IMG/VR virus record: IMGVR_UViG_3300016471_000316
Span: 1-58,012 of that record
Source: a virus
Taxonomy: Duplodnaviria; Caudoviricetes
Direction: 5' to 3' (one strand)
DNA length: 58,012 bases
The position numbers were made by a program, and so were the translations under genes. The first letter of the stretch is position 1. Each line of letters starts with the position of its first letter. Shown in pieces: positions 18,801-28,455 of this stretch. Under the pieces are notes generated by a model that was not told the DNA's origin, searched no databases, and saw only the letters and a program-made list of their open reading frames with translations.

Positions 18801-19722
18801 CATTCAAGTGGCCGGTGAAGCGCGAATTCAGGACCGGTTCCAGCAGCAACAGGCATCGCTTGAGGCGCAGCGGGAAACCAATGAGCAGCGCAGGGCTCTC
18901 ATTGGGCTCCAGAACGACGAGTATCGGGTGCAGATCACGCTGCTCGAAAAGCGCCGGGCGATGGAGGCCGAAGGCATCGACCGCGATGTGATAGACCGGC
19001 AGCTTGCCGTGACAGAAGAGATCGAGCGGCAGAACATCGCCTATGAGAAGCAGCGTGCGCGGGTCGAGGAGATCTACGGTATCATCGATGGCATGAGCTA
19101 CAGCGCGAAGAACCTGTTCACCTCGATGTTCGAGGAGGCGTTCAAAACAGGCGAGATATCGGCAAAGCGGTTCTTCCAGGGCTTGAACTCGATGATCGCG
19201 CGGGCCGGTGCCGAAATGATGTACGAGATCGGCGTCAAGCCATTCGTGGAGGCTGGATCCAACTTCCTCAAAAGCGGCTTGCAGAGTTTAGGCAAGTCCC
19301 TGTTCCCCAGCCTGTTCCCGTCTGCCAATGGATCCGCGTGGCATCCCGGCGGCATTCAGGCGTTCGCGATGGGCGGTGTGGTTTCGTCTCCTACGCTGTT
19401 TGCCTTTGCAAACGGAAGTCGTCTAGGCGTCATGGGCGAGGAAGGGCCGGAAGCTATCATGCCACTCCGGCGCGGCCCGGACGGGCGCTTGGGCGTTGCG
19501 TCGACAGGCGGCAGCGGGGGGGACGTCCAGGTTACGGTCATCGACCAACGGTCGAGCGGAGATGCCGCGCCTGTTGCTGTTCAGAGCGGGACAGGCCCGG
19601 ATGGTCGCCGGATGATTTCGATCATGGTGCGCGACGAGGTCCGTCGTGCTATCCGTACCGGCGAAATGGATGCGGAGATGTCGTCGAGTTTCGGCGCATC
19701 CCGGATCGTGCAGCGGAGGTGA
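15880..19722 (+). CDS. Tape measure protein
   Basis: 1280 aa, Ala-rich and helical; QLGQAL.SGRLQGDELRSI.ENAP tape domain; C-terminal FA.GGVV..PT...GE.GPEAIMPL.R. Confidence 0.92.
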   Translation: MAGEKIFELGFRIDTSPLAVTRTTAEAAAASVEKLGTAEEKLASSARALTPALDASAKAQKASADAADALAGSATKAALSENKLADAATKTVPAVNASKDALNSGAKSQQEAAKATESHAEALSRFERQLVAVNAAQRQFEAAQKQIAAAVAAGTLKQAEANALLDAATARYQQAVQAARAAQQAQPPQPARPAAPSGSPTASLPQTAQASAAVMGDAALKAAQFQAALDGLQGKITLTAANISQLTAALSMGGAGGGSGLLNVMSGVVGTLGRYATVLGPVGMATGVAATATLSLGGAYLALNKSLGEVTDKYDLMAARLRTALGSQLAAKTALDELKKGAEETGLGFQTSADAFLRFARANTGIGASLPELLQFTETIQKLGAISGASLGETQSALIQLGQALQSGRLQGDELRSISENAPSILKAIADGLGRTQGEIRAMGASGELTTRQIFDAILKATERTRKEFEDLPNTIEKNSMRISDAWSRVLDGMGKRLQSSAVYQFFQTGILGSIQQAEKAVAPPSVAVQVNDALRASRSEFIRFVSPDPRERARFSENVGLASDMTRPEFERQVFARYVDNQIEQMISVMENAESSPMVRRYREAQRSFAEALVSARADTAATESKMAENARRATVDRGMAAGREYDDYQTRLTKIAAARKLIEEAIAQAEAIARGEIGSREERDYAQAALVNLGRQLKALEQDAKSSAPELDRLANRFRDLQEAMKLGGGVSVNLITEAQTALQQAEGRMGGAGTAGTLPQFIQAQTRPRVLQLGEQEAQVRRQIDQQDALTDAQRKGAAAIREVEAAQRAANTELEMLGGPDSVLRQYPELVKAVRDLVAAQNDLTAASERSAQAQREQADAVALAATRAQIAAVGMGPTAMSRAAMEVRAREADRSVGGGAGTRMRQQFEAEQQLEDVQQATQTGREAAQAIRVLGMNPMQREREQTRQRVIDATERMTDPRLRQTVATNIQVAGEARIQDRFQQQQASLEAQRETNEQRRALIGLQNDEYRVQITLLEKRRAMEAEGIDRDVIDRQLAVTEEIERQNIAYEKQRARVEEIYGIIDGMSYSAKNLFTSMFEEAFKTGEISAKRFFQGLNSMIARAGAEMMYEIGVKPFVEAGSNFLKSGLQSLGKSLFPSLFPSANGSAWHPGGIQAFAMGGVVSSPTLFAFANGSRLGVMGEEGPEAIMPLRRGPDGRLGVASTGGSGGDVQVTVIDQRSSGDAAPVAVQSGTGPDGRRMISIMVRDEVRRAIRTGEMDAEMSSSFGASRIVQRR

Positions 19723-19725
19723 TCG

Positions 19726-20079
19726 ATGCCCGCGCTTTGGCCGACGACGCTTCCGGCTTTCGTGCTGGAGGACGGGTATAGCGAGACGCTGAACGATCAG
19801 TCTGTCGAAAGTCAGACCGACACCGGCAACCCGAAGATCCGCCGCCGCACCACCAAGCTGATCCAGACGTTCGATGTGACGCTGCAGATGACTGCGGCGC
19901 AACGAGCCGATTTCCTGACGTTCTGGAACACGACGCTGGCCGGTGGGACTCTCACTTTTGACTGGGTGCATCCGCTCACTCGCGCGGCAACGACGTTCAG
20001 GTTCCGCAAGCCACCTCCTGTCTTCTCGTCTGTCGGCGGGACGCTTGTCCGCTGCCGCTTCAAGATCGAGACCGTCTGA
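19726..20079 (+). CDS. Distal tail protein (lambda gpM-like)
   Basis: WP..LP, G.PK.RRR.T, F..FW...L.GG...F.W.HP motifs. Confidence 0.8.
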   Translation: MPALWPTTLPAFVLEDGYSETLNDQSVESQTDTGNPKIRRRTTKLIQTFDVTLQMTAAQRADFLTFWNTTLAGGTLTFDWVHPLTRAATTFRFRKPPPVFSSVGGTLVRCRFKIETV

Positions 20080-20549
20080 TGGCACGGACGCTTTCTGCTG
20101 CTGCCCTGGCATCCGCGCACGCGCAGGAGACCGGCGAGGCGTGGTTGGTTCTGCTGACGATCACGCATCCGGCCCTTGCTCAACCGATCCGCGTCACAAG
20201 CGACAACCAGGACACCGTGTCGAACGGAAACACGTTTCAGACCTTCCCGTTCCAGATCACGCTCCCCGGAGAAGATCCCGAGTCGCCGTCCCGCGCGCGG
20301 CTGAAGATCGACAACGTGGATCGCACCATCGTCAATACCTTGCGAACAATCACCTCGGCACCGTCGCTGATGATCCAGGTCGTCCTGGCGTCTCAGCCCA
20401 ACGTGATCGAGGTCGAGTTCACCGGCCTGACACTGCGCGAGGCCGAGTATGACGCGCAGTCTGTCATCGGGGATCTCGTTTTCGAGGCGATCTTCGTCGA
20501 GCCGCTGACGATCCAGATGACGCCCGCACGCTTCCCAGGGATGTTCTGA
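20079..20549 (+). CDS. Tail tip protein (DUF1833 / gpL-like)
   Basis: LLTI.HP, F..FPF.I.LP, L.IDNVDR and P..FPG.F motifs. Confidence 0.85.
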   Translation: MARTLSAAALASAHAQETGEAWLVLLTITHPALAQPIRVTSDNQDTVSNGNTFQTFPFQITLPGEDPESPSRARLKIDNVDRTIVNTLRTITSAPSLMIQVVLASQPNVIEVEFTGLTLREAEYDAQSVIGDLVFEAIFVEPLTIQMTPARFPGMF

Positions 20550-20974
20550 TGCGGCCCGATCTTCCTGCCTGGGTGTCCAGGTATGTCGGCCTGCGGTATC
20601 GGCCCGGCGGCGTGGACCTGGACGGCGCGGACTGCTGGGGCTTGTATGCCCTGGTCCTGGAGCGGGAATTCGGGGTTCGCCTTCCGGCTTATCCCGGCGC
20701 GGCCTGGGTGCCGGGGGCCGACAGCGCCGCCATAGGCGAGGAGGCGAGAGCCTACGCCGCCCTATTCTCGCAGGTCCGGGCGGGGGAGGAGCGGTGCGGG
20801 GATGCCATCCTGATCCGGATGCGGGGCGCGCCGCTCCACCTGGGGATGGTCGTCTCTCCCGGCTGGATGCTGCATAGCCACGATGCGGCAGACGCATGCG
20901 TCGAGCCCTACACCGGGGTCCAGTGGGGTCGTCGCGTGGTCGGGTTCTACCGGGCAGAGGCGCGCAATGGCTGA
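20549..20974 (+). CDS. NlpC/P60 tail-tip peptidase (gpK-like)
   Basis: YVG..Y..GG....G.DCWGL, H.G and LH motifs. Confidence 0.88.
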   Translation: MRPDLPAWVSRYVGLRYRPGGVDLDGADCWGLYALVLEREFGVRLPAYPGAAWVPGADSAAIGEEARAYAALFSQVRAGEERCGDAILIRMRGAPLHLGMVVSPGWMLHSHDAADACVEPYTGVQWGRRVVGFYRAEARNG

Positions 20975-23900
20975 CGTCCCGGTAGTCCTCCACCCTAGGC
21001 CCTTTTCGCGCTCCACGCGCCTGATTTCCAGCCCTGCCGGGGCAACCGTGGCAGAGATCGTGGACGGTCTCGACCTGGACGCTCCTTATCGGGACTACGC
21101 GCGAGCCTGGGTGGACGGGGTCGAGGTTCCCGTCGAGGTCTGGTCGCGGGTCCGTCCTCGGCCCGGTCGGACGGTCATGGTTGCCGTGGTGCCGCGAGGC
21201 GGCGGCGGGGGCGGCGGTAAGGATATCGTCCGCACGATAGCGTTCATCGCAGTAGCCGTGGTCGCGGCTGCATACGCTCCAGCGATTGCCGGGTACGCCT
21301 TTGGGGCGGAAGCGATGAAGGGGTTCGCGGCGACCACGCTGTTCGGTGAGCTAACGCTGGCGAAAGCCATCACCGGGGTGATCGGTGCGAGCGTGACGAT
21401 GCTCGGATCGCTGGCGATCAATGCGCTGATCCCGCCGCCGAAGTTCGGTGCGCCCGATCCCCCTGGACTCCAGACCCCGCGCTACCAACTGACCGGCGTT
21501 CAGAACAAGCTGGAGCCATATGCGAACATCCCGCGTGTCATGGGCAGGCGTAGGGTCTATCCGCTCATGGCTGCGCGACCGTATTCCGAGATCCAAGGCA
21601 GCGACGAGTTCCTGCGCGTGCTGCTTTGCGTCGGCTGGGGTCCGCTGCGCCTGACCGACATCCGTATCGGGGAGACAGCGATCACGGCTTTCGCTGGGGT
21701 CGAGATCGAGACGCGGGAAGGCTGGACGACGGATCAGCCACTGACGCTGTTCACCCGCGCTCTGAACCAGGAGACCGTCGGGGCAACGCTCGATCCCTCG
21801 ACCTGGGTCCAGCGCACAACGCAGCCGTTGACGACCGAGATAATCCTTGACCTGACCTGCCCTTCTGGTCTGGCAATCTACAACGACAGCGGCGGTCGCG
21901 ATCAAGCGACCGTTGCTCTGTCCGTCCAGTATCGCGCGAACGGCACGACGACATGGCTGACGCCTCCTGCGTGGACGAACTCTGCCGATCCAGGGATGGG
22001 CGTCGCCGGAACGATCACGATCCAGGGTGCTGATGCGGGCGCGGTCCGACGGTCGGCTCGATTCGTCGTTTCCGCCGGGCAGTACGATGTCCGAATTCAG
22101 CGCACCACGGCGGCGGGAACCAGCCGAACGGTCGACACCACGCAGTGGACCTACCTGAAGACCGTCGACAACACGCCAGCCCTGAACCAGCCTGGGCTCG
22201 CCCTGATCGCGCTGCGGATCAAGGCGACCGGGCAGCTAAACGGCGTCCCGAACTCGATCAACTGCCTCGCGGAATCCTATCTGCCGGTCTGGAACGGGAC
22301 GACCTGGACGTTCACGATCACTCGCAATCCAGCCTGGGCATTCACAGATCTGCTTCGGCGTCGGGCTGGCGAGACCTTTGTGGCCGACAGCAGAATCGAT
22401 CTCGCGGCGATCCAGTCCTGGGCGACGGCGTGCGATGCGACCGCGCCGAATGCTTCGGAGGCGACATGGACTTTTGATGGTGTTCTGGAGGGCGGGTCGA
22501 TCTTCGACGGGCTGCGCCAGATCGCTGCTCATGCTCGCGCGCTTTACACGATCCGCGACGGAAAGCATTCGGTTGTGCGCGATGTGGCTCAGACTGTCCC
22601 AGTACAGCACATCACCCCACGTAATTCCTCCGGATACCAGGGGCGGAAGGTCTTCGTCGATCTTCCGCACGCCCTGCGCGTTCGCTTCGTAAACGCGGCA
22701 CTCGGATACCAGGAAGACGAGCGCATCGTGTATGCCGACGGGTACTCGGCGGCGAATGCCACTCGCTTCGAGACTGTCGAGATGCCGGGTGTCACCTCCG
22801 CGACCCAGGCGTGGCGCGAGGCGCGGTATGTGCTCGCCGTCGCCGCTCTTCGCCCGGAAACGCATCAGGTCACGATGGATGTCGAGGCTCTGCGATGCAC
22901 GCTTGGCGATTACGTCGTGCTGTCTCACGATGTGATCAGCATCGGGATCAGAAGCGCGAGGATCGTCGCGCGAACCTTGAACGGCTCGAACCAGATCACG
23001 ACGATCACGCTCGATGAACTGGTCGTGATGGAGACCGGCTTCTCGCATGCGATTCGCGTTCGGCGTCCGGACGGTACATCTCAAGTCCACAGCATCGTCA
23101 CCTCCGCTGGTGAGTTTTCGACCCTGACGCTGACGACGCCGGTTGCCGCCTCGACAGGACCAGACATCGGAGACCTCGCGATGTTTGGGCGATCCACGCT
23201 CGAAACCGCTCCGATGATCGTCCGCAAGATCGAGGCGTCGTCCGACCTATCTGCGCGGCTCACGCTGGTCGATGCACAGCCCGGCGTATGGACTGCGGAC
23301 CAGGGAACGATCCCGGCGTTCAACAGCAACATCACCATCGTCACGCAGCCGGAGGAAGCGAAGCCAGCCGTCCCCCTGATCCTTGGCATCCGGTCCGACT
23401 CGTCTGCGCTGCTGGTACTGGGAGATGGAACGCTTCGTGAGCAGATCGCGGTCTCTGTCGCCATCGTTTCATCGATGGTTCGTGCCGTGCAGATCGAAGC
23501 CCAGTTCCGACTTTCTGGATCGTCGCAATGGCTCTCGACTGGTCTTCTGTCCATCGACACGACGACGATCTTCATCGCTGGTGTCGAAGCGAATCTGACA
23601 TACCAGATCCGCGTCAGGACGATTTCGGCGTCGTCTATTGCAAGCGATTGGACTGCCGTTCAGAACCACACAGTTATCGGCAAGAGCGATTTGCCACCTG
23701 CGGTGGCGACTTTTTCCTTGTCGAGGCTGGCGGATGGCACCCGCCGCTTTTCCTGGACGATGTCCATCGTGCCGCCGGATGTCCGGGCTGGTGGCGGCTA
23801 TGTGATTCGCTATTCGTCGACCGCGACCACGAACTGGAGCGCGATGCTGCCGCTGCATGACGGTCTTCTCGTCTCCAGCCCATACGAGACTGCCGATCTC

Positions 23901-24719
23901 GCAAAGGGGACGTACTGGTTCGCGATCAAGGCGGTTGACTCGTCAGGCAACGAAAGCGCCACCGCGTCGTTCATCAACGCATTCGTGCTTGGCGATCCTC
24001 CTCTGCGCGATGTGATCATCCAGCGTGTCGAATCGCAGATAGGTTGGCCTGGGGCAAAGACCGGATGCTATCTCGATCCGTCTGACGGTGCGCTGCATGC
24101 GCTGTCTGCCCAGAACTGGTCCAACCTCCCGGCAACGTGGAGCGCGCTGCCGAATACCTGGGACAGCATCCTCACGAACACCAGCCCTATTCTATACGAG
24201 ACCGAGATCATCGACCTGGGCGCAGACTCGACGTTTACGCCCCTGGTGTCCGTGACGGGTACTGGCACCGTCACCATCGAGGCCAGATACGGGACATCGG
24301 CTGACGGGACGGTCGTTGGATCCTATGCCGCGCCATCGCTTCAGAATGGGAAGCGATACGTCCAGGTCCGCGTCAGCGTGGCCGGATCGGTGCCTGTGAT
24401 CAGCGGCATCACGACGCTGATCAACTCCGGGACCGCGCTTGAGTCCTACGAGGATCTGAACACCGCGACTGCCAGCGCATCGTGGTTCGTGCGGCTCGCG
24501 GCAGGTCACTTTCGGATCGGAACGCGCGGTGGTGTAGCAACCATTCGGACGGCTCGCATATCGGCCATTCAGAACGTGACGTCGGGCTGGACCTGGACAC
24601 TGATCTCGAAATCTGTCACCGTTAACGGACAGCCTGGAGCGGAGTTCAAGGTGTGGAATGCTGCGGGGACGTTGTCTGACGCTGTCATCGACGTCGAGAT
24701 CAGAGGAGTAGAGAGCTAA
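20967..24719 (+). CDS. Central tail spike / host specificity protein J (gpI+gpJ-like fusion)
   Basis: N-terminal ubiquitin-like gpI segment, IP.V.G, TRNPAW...D, FnIII-like repeats (Y..RVR, Y.F..KAVD.SGNES). Confidence 0.88.
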   Translation: MADVPVVLHPRPFSRSTRLISSPAGATVAEIVDGLDLDAPYRDYARAWVDGVEVPVEVWSRVRPRPGRTVMVAVVPRGGGGGGGKDIVRTIAFIAVAVVAAAYAPAIAGYAFGAEAMKGFAATTLFGELTLAKAITGVIGASVTMLGSLAINALIPPPKFGAPDPPGLQTPRYQLTGVQNKLEPYANIPRVMGRRRVYPLMAARPYSEIQGSDEFLRVLLCVGWGPLRLTDIRIGETAITAFAGVEIETREGWTTDQPLTLFTRALNQETVGATLDPSTWVQRTTQPLTTEIILDLTCPSGLAIYNDSGGRDQATVALSVQYRANGTTTWLTPPAWTNSADPGMGVAGTITIQGADAGAVRRSARFVVSAGQYDVRIQRTTAAGTSRTVDTTQWTYLKTVDNTPALNQPGLALIALRIKATGQLNGVPNSINCLAESYLPVWNGTTWTFTITRNPAWAFTDLLRRRAGETFVADSRIDLAAIQSWATACDATAPNASEATWTFDGVLEGGSIFDGLRQIAAHARALYTIRDGKHSVVRDVAQTVPVQHITPRNSSGYQGRKVFVDLPHALRVRFVNAALGYQEDERIVYADGYSAANATRFETVEMPGVTSATQAWREARYVLAVAALRPETHQVTMDVEALRCTLGDYVVLSHDVISIGIRSARIVARTLNGSNQITTITLDELVVMETGFSHAIRVRRPDGTSQVHSIVTSAGEFSTLTLTTPVAASTGPDIGDLAMFGRSTLETAPMIVRKIEASSDLSARLTLVDAQPGVWTADQGTIPAFNSNITIVTQPEEAKPAVPLILGIRSDSSALLVLGDGTLREQIAVSVAIVSSMVRAVQIEAQFRLSGSSQWLSTGLLSIDTTTIFIAGVEANLTYQIRVRTISASSIASDWTAVQNHTVIGKSDLPPAVATFSLSRLADGTRRFSWTMSIVPPDVRAGGGYVIRYSSTATTNWSAMLPLHDGLLVSSPYETADLAKGTYWFAIKAVDSSGNESATASFINAFVLGDPPLRDVIIQRVESQIGWPGAKTGCYLDPSDGALHALSAQNWSNLPATWSALPNTWDSILTNTSPILYETEIIDLGADSTFTPLVSVTGTGTVTIEARYGTSADGTVVGSYAAPSLQNGKRYVQVRVSVAGSVPVISGITTLINSGTALESYEDLNTATASASWFVRLAAGHFRIGTRGGVATIRTARISAIQNVTSGWTWTLISKSVTVNGQPGAEFKVWNAAGTLSDAVIDVEIRGVES

Positions 24720-25597
24720 TGGCCCTCCCAGCGAATGCGACGAAAGCAAACCTCGATAACGTCCTTGACGATCCAAAGCTTGCGCGAGTCGAACTTGCCG
24801 ATCTGGTCGACAAGTTCAACGATCTCCTCACGCACCTCAACCTCAGCACAATCACCAGCGGCCCGGCGGCGATACCGCTGTCGATCGCCAACGGCGGCAC
24901 CGGTTCTGCCACCGCTGCTGCGGCACGTACGGCGCTCGGCGTCGAGGATGCCACCGAGACGCAGGCCGGTCGCATCGAGATCGCGACGCAGACTGAGGCG
25001 AACAACGGCACCGATGACACGCGCGCGTTGACGCCTGCCAAGTTGGCGAGCATCAGCCCGGCGTCGGTCACGTTCGCGGCCAGCGATCAAATCCTGATCC
25101 TCGACGCGAGCGACAGCAACAAGCTGAAGCGCACCACGATCACCAGCGGAAAACTGCTGCAACAGGTCGTCGCGACATCAACCGCCATCGTCAGCACGAC
25201 GACCACGACGCCGCTCGACAACACAAAGCCCCAAGTGACCGAAGGCGGCCAGTTCCTCTCGGCCACGATCACGCCAGCCAACGCAAGCAATCTGCTGCTG
25301 ATCGAGGTCTCGGTCTTCTTCTCGCACGGCTCCGGCGGGCACATCACCGGCCACCTTCACCAAGACGGCGGCGCCAACGCGCTCGCCACGATGACCAATT
25401 TCCACAGCGGCAACAACATCCAGTCGTTCCAGATGCGCCACCGTGTCGCCGCCGGGACAACCTCGGCCACGACGATCACGTTCCGCGCTGGCTGCAACAA
25501 CGCTGGCACGCTGCGGATGAACGGCGACAGCAGCGGCAATTCGCTGTTCGATTCGTCGGCGTCCAGCATGATGACCGTGACCGAGATTGCAGCATGA
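24719..25597 (+). CDS. Tail fibre protein
   Basis: GGTG..TAA.AR.ALG and ATET.AG..EIATQ.E...GTDD.RA.TPAKL motifs; C-terminal beta-rich domain. Confidence 0.8.
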   Translation: MALPANATKANLDNVLDDPKLARVELADLVDKFNDLLTHLNLSTITSGPAAIPLSIANGGTGSATAAAARTALGVEDATETQAGRIEIATQTEANNGTDDTRALTPAKLASISPASVTFAASDQILILDASDSNKLKRTTITSGKLLQQVVATSTAIVSTTTTTPLDNTKPQVTEGGQFLSATITPANASNLLLIEVSVFFSHGSGGHITGHLHQDGGANALATMTNFHSGNNIQSFQMRHRVAAGTTSATTITFRAGCNNAGTLRMNGDSSGNSLFDSSASSMMTVTEIAA

Positions 25598-25809
25598 CCG
25601 AGATCAGCCCGCGCGATTTCGGCCGCCTGGAAGCCGAGGTTGCGGCCCTCACGAAGACGGTCGAGGCCATGGCCGCAGACCTCAAGGCCGTGCGCTCCGC
25701 GATGGACGCCGCAGGCGGCGGCTGGCGCGTGCTCGTCGCGGTCGGCGCTGCGAGCGGCGCTGTCACCGCGCTGTTGATCAAGGCGCTGCCGTTCTTGCCC
25801 TGGAGATGA
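25594..25809 (+). CDS. Small coiled-coil + TM protein (holin/XhlA-like)
   Basis: FGRLEAEV..L coiled coil, then GGWR and a hydrophobic C-terminus. Confidence 0.65.
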   Translation: MTEISPRDFGRLEAEVAALTKTVEAMAADLKAVRSAMDAAGGGWRVLVAVGAASGAVTALLIKALPFLPWR

Positions 25810-26081
25810 CCATGCGCGCTGCCGTCGTCGCGATCCTTGCGCTGGCGGCGACGCCAGCCACCGCGCAGCCGCTGTGCGCGACGCTGGAGCAGATCGCGGA
25901 CTATCTCCGCACCGACCACAACGAGCGGCCGGTTCAGATCGGCGACGCGCGCGGCGGACAGGTGATCCTGTTCGCGACGCCCGACGGCGCAACCTGGACA
26001 ATCGTGGTGGCCGCGCCAGATGGACGCGCATGCGTCGTCAGCGACGGACGGTCTTGGAGAACAACCGGACGCGGGGCCTAA
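25806..26081 (+). CDS. Secreted small hypothetical protein
   Basis: Signal peptide; C...L...H.E and WTI....PDG.AC....G..W pattern. Confidence 0.7.
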   Translation: MTMRAAVVAILALAATPATAQPLCATLEQIADYLRTDHNERPVQIGDARGGQVILFATPDGATWTIVVAAPDGRACVVSDGRSWRTTGRGA

Positions 26082-27265
26082 TGCCGACACCGAAAATGAC
26101 GCGCGCCGAGGGGCTTCGGCGCATCGAGGCCATCGAGGCCGCACTCGCTGCGGGTCATTGCCCGCCGGGCTATCCTTCGCCGCCAGGGCAATGTGGCGCG
26201 CTAGCGATCGCCGCGCGGGCGCTTGGGTTGCCGGGCACGCTGGGCAAAAGCGCCGTCGGCAGGGTCGAGGAGGCGGCGGGACGTGCGATCAACTGGTCGC
26301 TCTGGCCCGGCCGCTCGCCGCTTCAGGCGCCGGCTCCAATTGAGCCGGTGCGGCCGAGGTTCGACCCGCCGTCGATCCCTGCCGACGACATCCCTGTGGA
26401 GCAACTGATCGACCAGCTTACCGAGCGGTTTGGCAAGCGCGCGGAGAATGCAGCGGCGCGCAAATGGATGCGCTTCTCGCTGCACGACGACGGCCCGTAT
26501 CTGCTGGCCTTCGTTGGCGATCCGCATCTGGACGACAACGGCTGCAACTGGCCGCTCCTCAAGCGCGACATCGAGTTGATGCGTCGGCCGCATGTCCACG
26601 GGATCATGCTTGGCGACGTGACGAACAACTGGTCGGGCAAGCTCCAGCGGCTCTACGCGCATCAGGACGTCACGCGCGACCGCGCGTGGAAACTGGCCGA
26701 ATGGTTCTGGCGCGCGGTGCCGTGGCTGCTGCTCATCAAAGGCAATCACGACATCTGGTCGCAATCGCGCGGACAAGGCGATCCCCTCGATTGGATGGCG
26801 CGCGGTTCCGCGGCGCTCGAAGATTGGCAGGCGCGCATCGAGGTCGTCGCGGGCGATCATGTGCTGCGCGTTTGGGCCAGCCACGACTTCAAGGGCAGCT
26901 CGATCTACAACCCGCTCCACGGCCCGATGCGAGCGCAGCGGTTCAGCGCAGGCGAGGCCGACATCCTCGCGGCCGGGCACCAGCACCATTGGGAACTGTT
27001 CAGCGGCGAGGACGCCGACAAGGCGGCTAGGCCGCATTGGCTGCTTCGTGCGCGCGGCTACAAGTTCCTCGACCCGCATGCGGACCGGCATCAGTTCGCC
27101 GCACAGCAGCATGGCGCGACCATCGCGGCGGTCGTTGACCCGAGCCGCGAAGGCCCGGCGGCGGTGCAGTGCTACGCCGATCTGGCCGAGGCGTGCGAGA
27201 TCCTGTCATTCAAGCGTCAGCGATGGGAGGCCGCGAATGCCGCGCCGCCGAAACGCAAGCGATGA
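26081..27265 (+). CDS. Calcineurin-like metallophosphoesterase
   Basis: GDPH, LGD, GNHD, SH and GHQH motifs. Confidence 0.85.
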   Translation: MPTPKMTRAEGLRRIEAIEAALAAGHCPPGYPSPPGQCGALAIAARALGLPGTLGKSAVGRVEEAAGRAINWSLWPGRSPLQAPAPIEPVRPRFDPPSIPADDIPVEQLIDQLTERFGKRAENAAARKWMRFSLHDDGPYLLAFVGDPHLDDNGCNWPLLKRDIELMRRPHVHGIMLGDVTNNWSGKLQRLYAHQDVTRDRAWKLAEWFWRAVPWLLLIKGNHDIWSQSRGQGDPLDWMARGSAALEDWQARIEVVAGDHVLRVWASHDFKGSSIYNPLHGPMRAQRFSAGEADILAAGHQHHWELFSGEDADKAARPHWLLRARGYKFLDPHADRHQFAAQQHGATIAAVVDPSREGPAAVQCYADLAEACEILSFKRQRWEAANAAPPKRKR

Positions 27266-27443
27266 CGAAGCATGGGCGGAAAGGCATGAGGGCGACTGCG
27301 CGACCGGGCACATCTCCGAATTGCGCGAAAGCAATCCGCCCGGCAAGCCTTATGAGCCCGTGCGCGGCCCGCTCGGCTTCTGCGTCGATCCCGCAGCCTA
27401 CCGGCCGCGCGCGAAGCGTCGTCGTAAGGTGGTGGCCCCATGA
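27237..27443 (+). CDS. Hypothetical protein (68 aa)
   Basis: GGAGG SD; stop is coupled to the next ATG. Confidence 0.5.
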   Translation: MPRRRNASDDEAWAERHEGDCATGHISELRESNPPGKPYEPVRGPLGFCVDPAAYRPRAKRRRKVVAP

Positions 27444-27694
27444 CCTCGAAGTTCCCGCAGGCTGGCGAGACGCAGGCCCAGGCCCCGGCCACCACGGGCG
27501 GTATTCCCGACTACTCGTCGCCGTCGTTGGCGATGATCTACCCCTCGCACAACCCCGAAAGGCCGGTCGCCGTGGCGGTTCAAAAGGACGGAGTGCTGTC
27601 GATCGTGCAGATTGATCTTGCCCATGCCGCCGGGCTCATGACTGCGCTGGCGTCGATCCTGCAACACCAATTTGAGGCGGAGCGCCGTCGATGA
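27440..27694 (+). CDS. Hypothetical protein
   Basis: ATGA overlaps on both sides. Confidence 0.6.
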   Translation: MTSKFPQAGETQAQAPATTGGIPDYSSPSLAMIYPSHNPERPVAVAVQKDGVLSIVQIDLAHAAGLMTALASILQHQFEAERRR

Positions 27695-28101
27695 TCCAAG
27701 CCCTGATCCCCACGCTGCTGCCGATCCTCGGCAGCGTCATCGACCGCGTCATCCCGGACAGGGCAGCGGCCGACAAGGCCAAGCTTGAGATGCAAGCCAA
27801 GCTGCTGGAGGCCGCAACGACCGGCGCGTTGGCCCAAGTCGAGGTCAACAAGACCGAGGCCGCGCACCAGTCCGTCTTCGTGGCGGGATGGAGGCCCGCG
27901 ATTGGCTGGGTCTGCGCTGCCGCGCTGGCCTATTCCTACATGGTGGTCCCGCTCGTCGGCTTCGGCTTGACGCTGGCTGGCCAGCCGGTGCCGCGTTGGC
28001 CCGTGCTGGACGGCAACTTGTGGGAACTCATGTTCGGCATGCTCGGGCTTGGCGCGCTGCGCTCCTACGACAAAGCCCAAGAGCGCGCCGCAAGCAAATG
28101 A
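27691..28101 (+). CDS. Holin, GTA-release 3TM type
   Basis: Q.EVNK.EA.H.S.FVAGWRPAIGWVC and L.GMLGLG.LRS.DK motifs. Confidence 0.88.
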   Translation: MIQALIPTLLPILGSVIDRVIPDRAAADKAKLEMQAKLLEAATTGALAQVEVNKTEAAHQSVFVAGWRPAIGWVCAAALAYSYMVVPLVGFGLTLAGQPVPRWPVLDGNLWELMFGMLGLGALRSYDKAQERAASK

Positions 28102-28448
28102 TCCGCGCCCTGACCGCCCGCGACCGCCAGCGCCTCGTCGGCGTGCATGCCGACCTCGTCCGCGTCCTAGAGCGCGCCGCGCGTGATGGCTCGATCCCGT
28201 GGCGGGTCACCGAAGGCGTCCGCAGCATGGACAGGCAGGCCGAACTGGTGGCCGGGGGCAAGTCGCAGACCATGCGGAGCCGCCACCTGACCGGCCATGC
28301 CGTCGATCTCGCGGTGGAGGATGGCCGAGGCGGCGTGGTCTGGGACCGGCCGTCGTACGAACGGCTGGCGGTCGAGGCCATGGCGGCATCCGCTGGATTG
28401 ACTCCATCGCAGGTCGATGACATGTTCCGCGCCGCTGCTATCCTGTGA
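28098..28448 (+). pseudogene. Truncated/chimeric M15 (L-Ala-D-Glu) peptidase endolysin
   Basis: RL.GVH.DL, VTEG.RS..RQ..L...GKS.TM.SRHLTGHAVD are present. The WGG.W..F.D.PHF segment with the third Zn ligand is missing, replaced by ..AGLTPSQVDDMFRAAAIL. Confidence 0.75.
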
Positions 28449-28455
28449 GATCGCC

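Noticed and set aside
24719-25597. Diversity-generating retroelement or invertible tail-fibre cassette
   Set aside because: No reverse transcriptase, TR/VR pair or invertase was seen.
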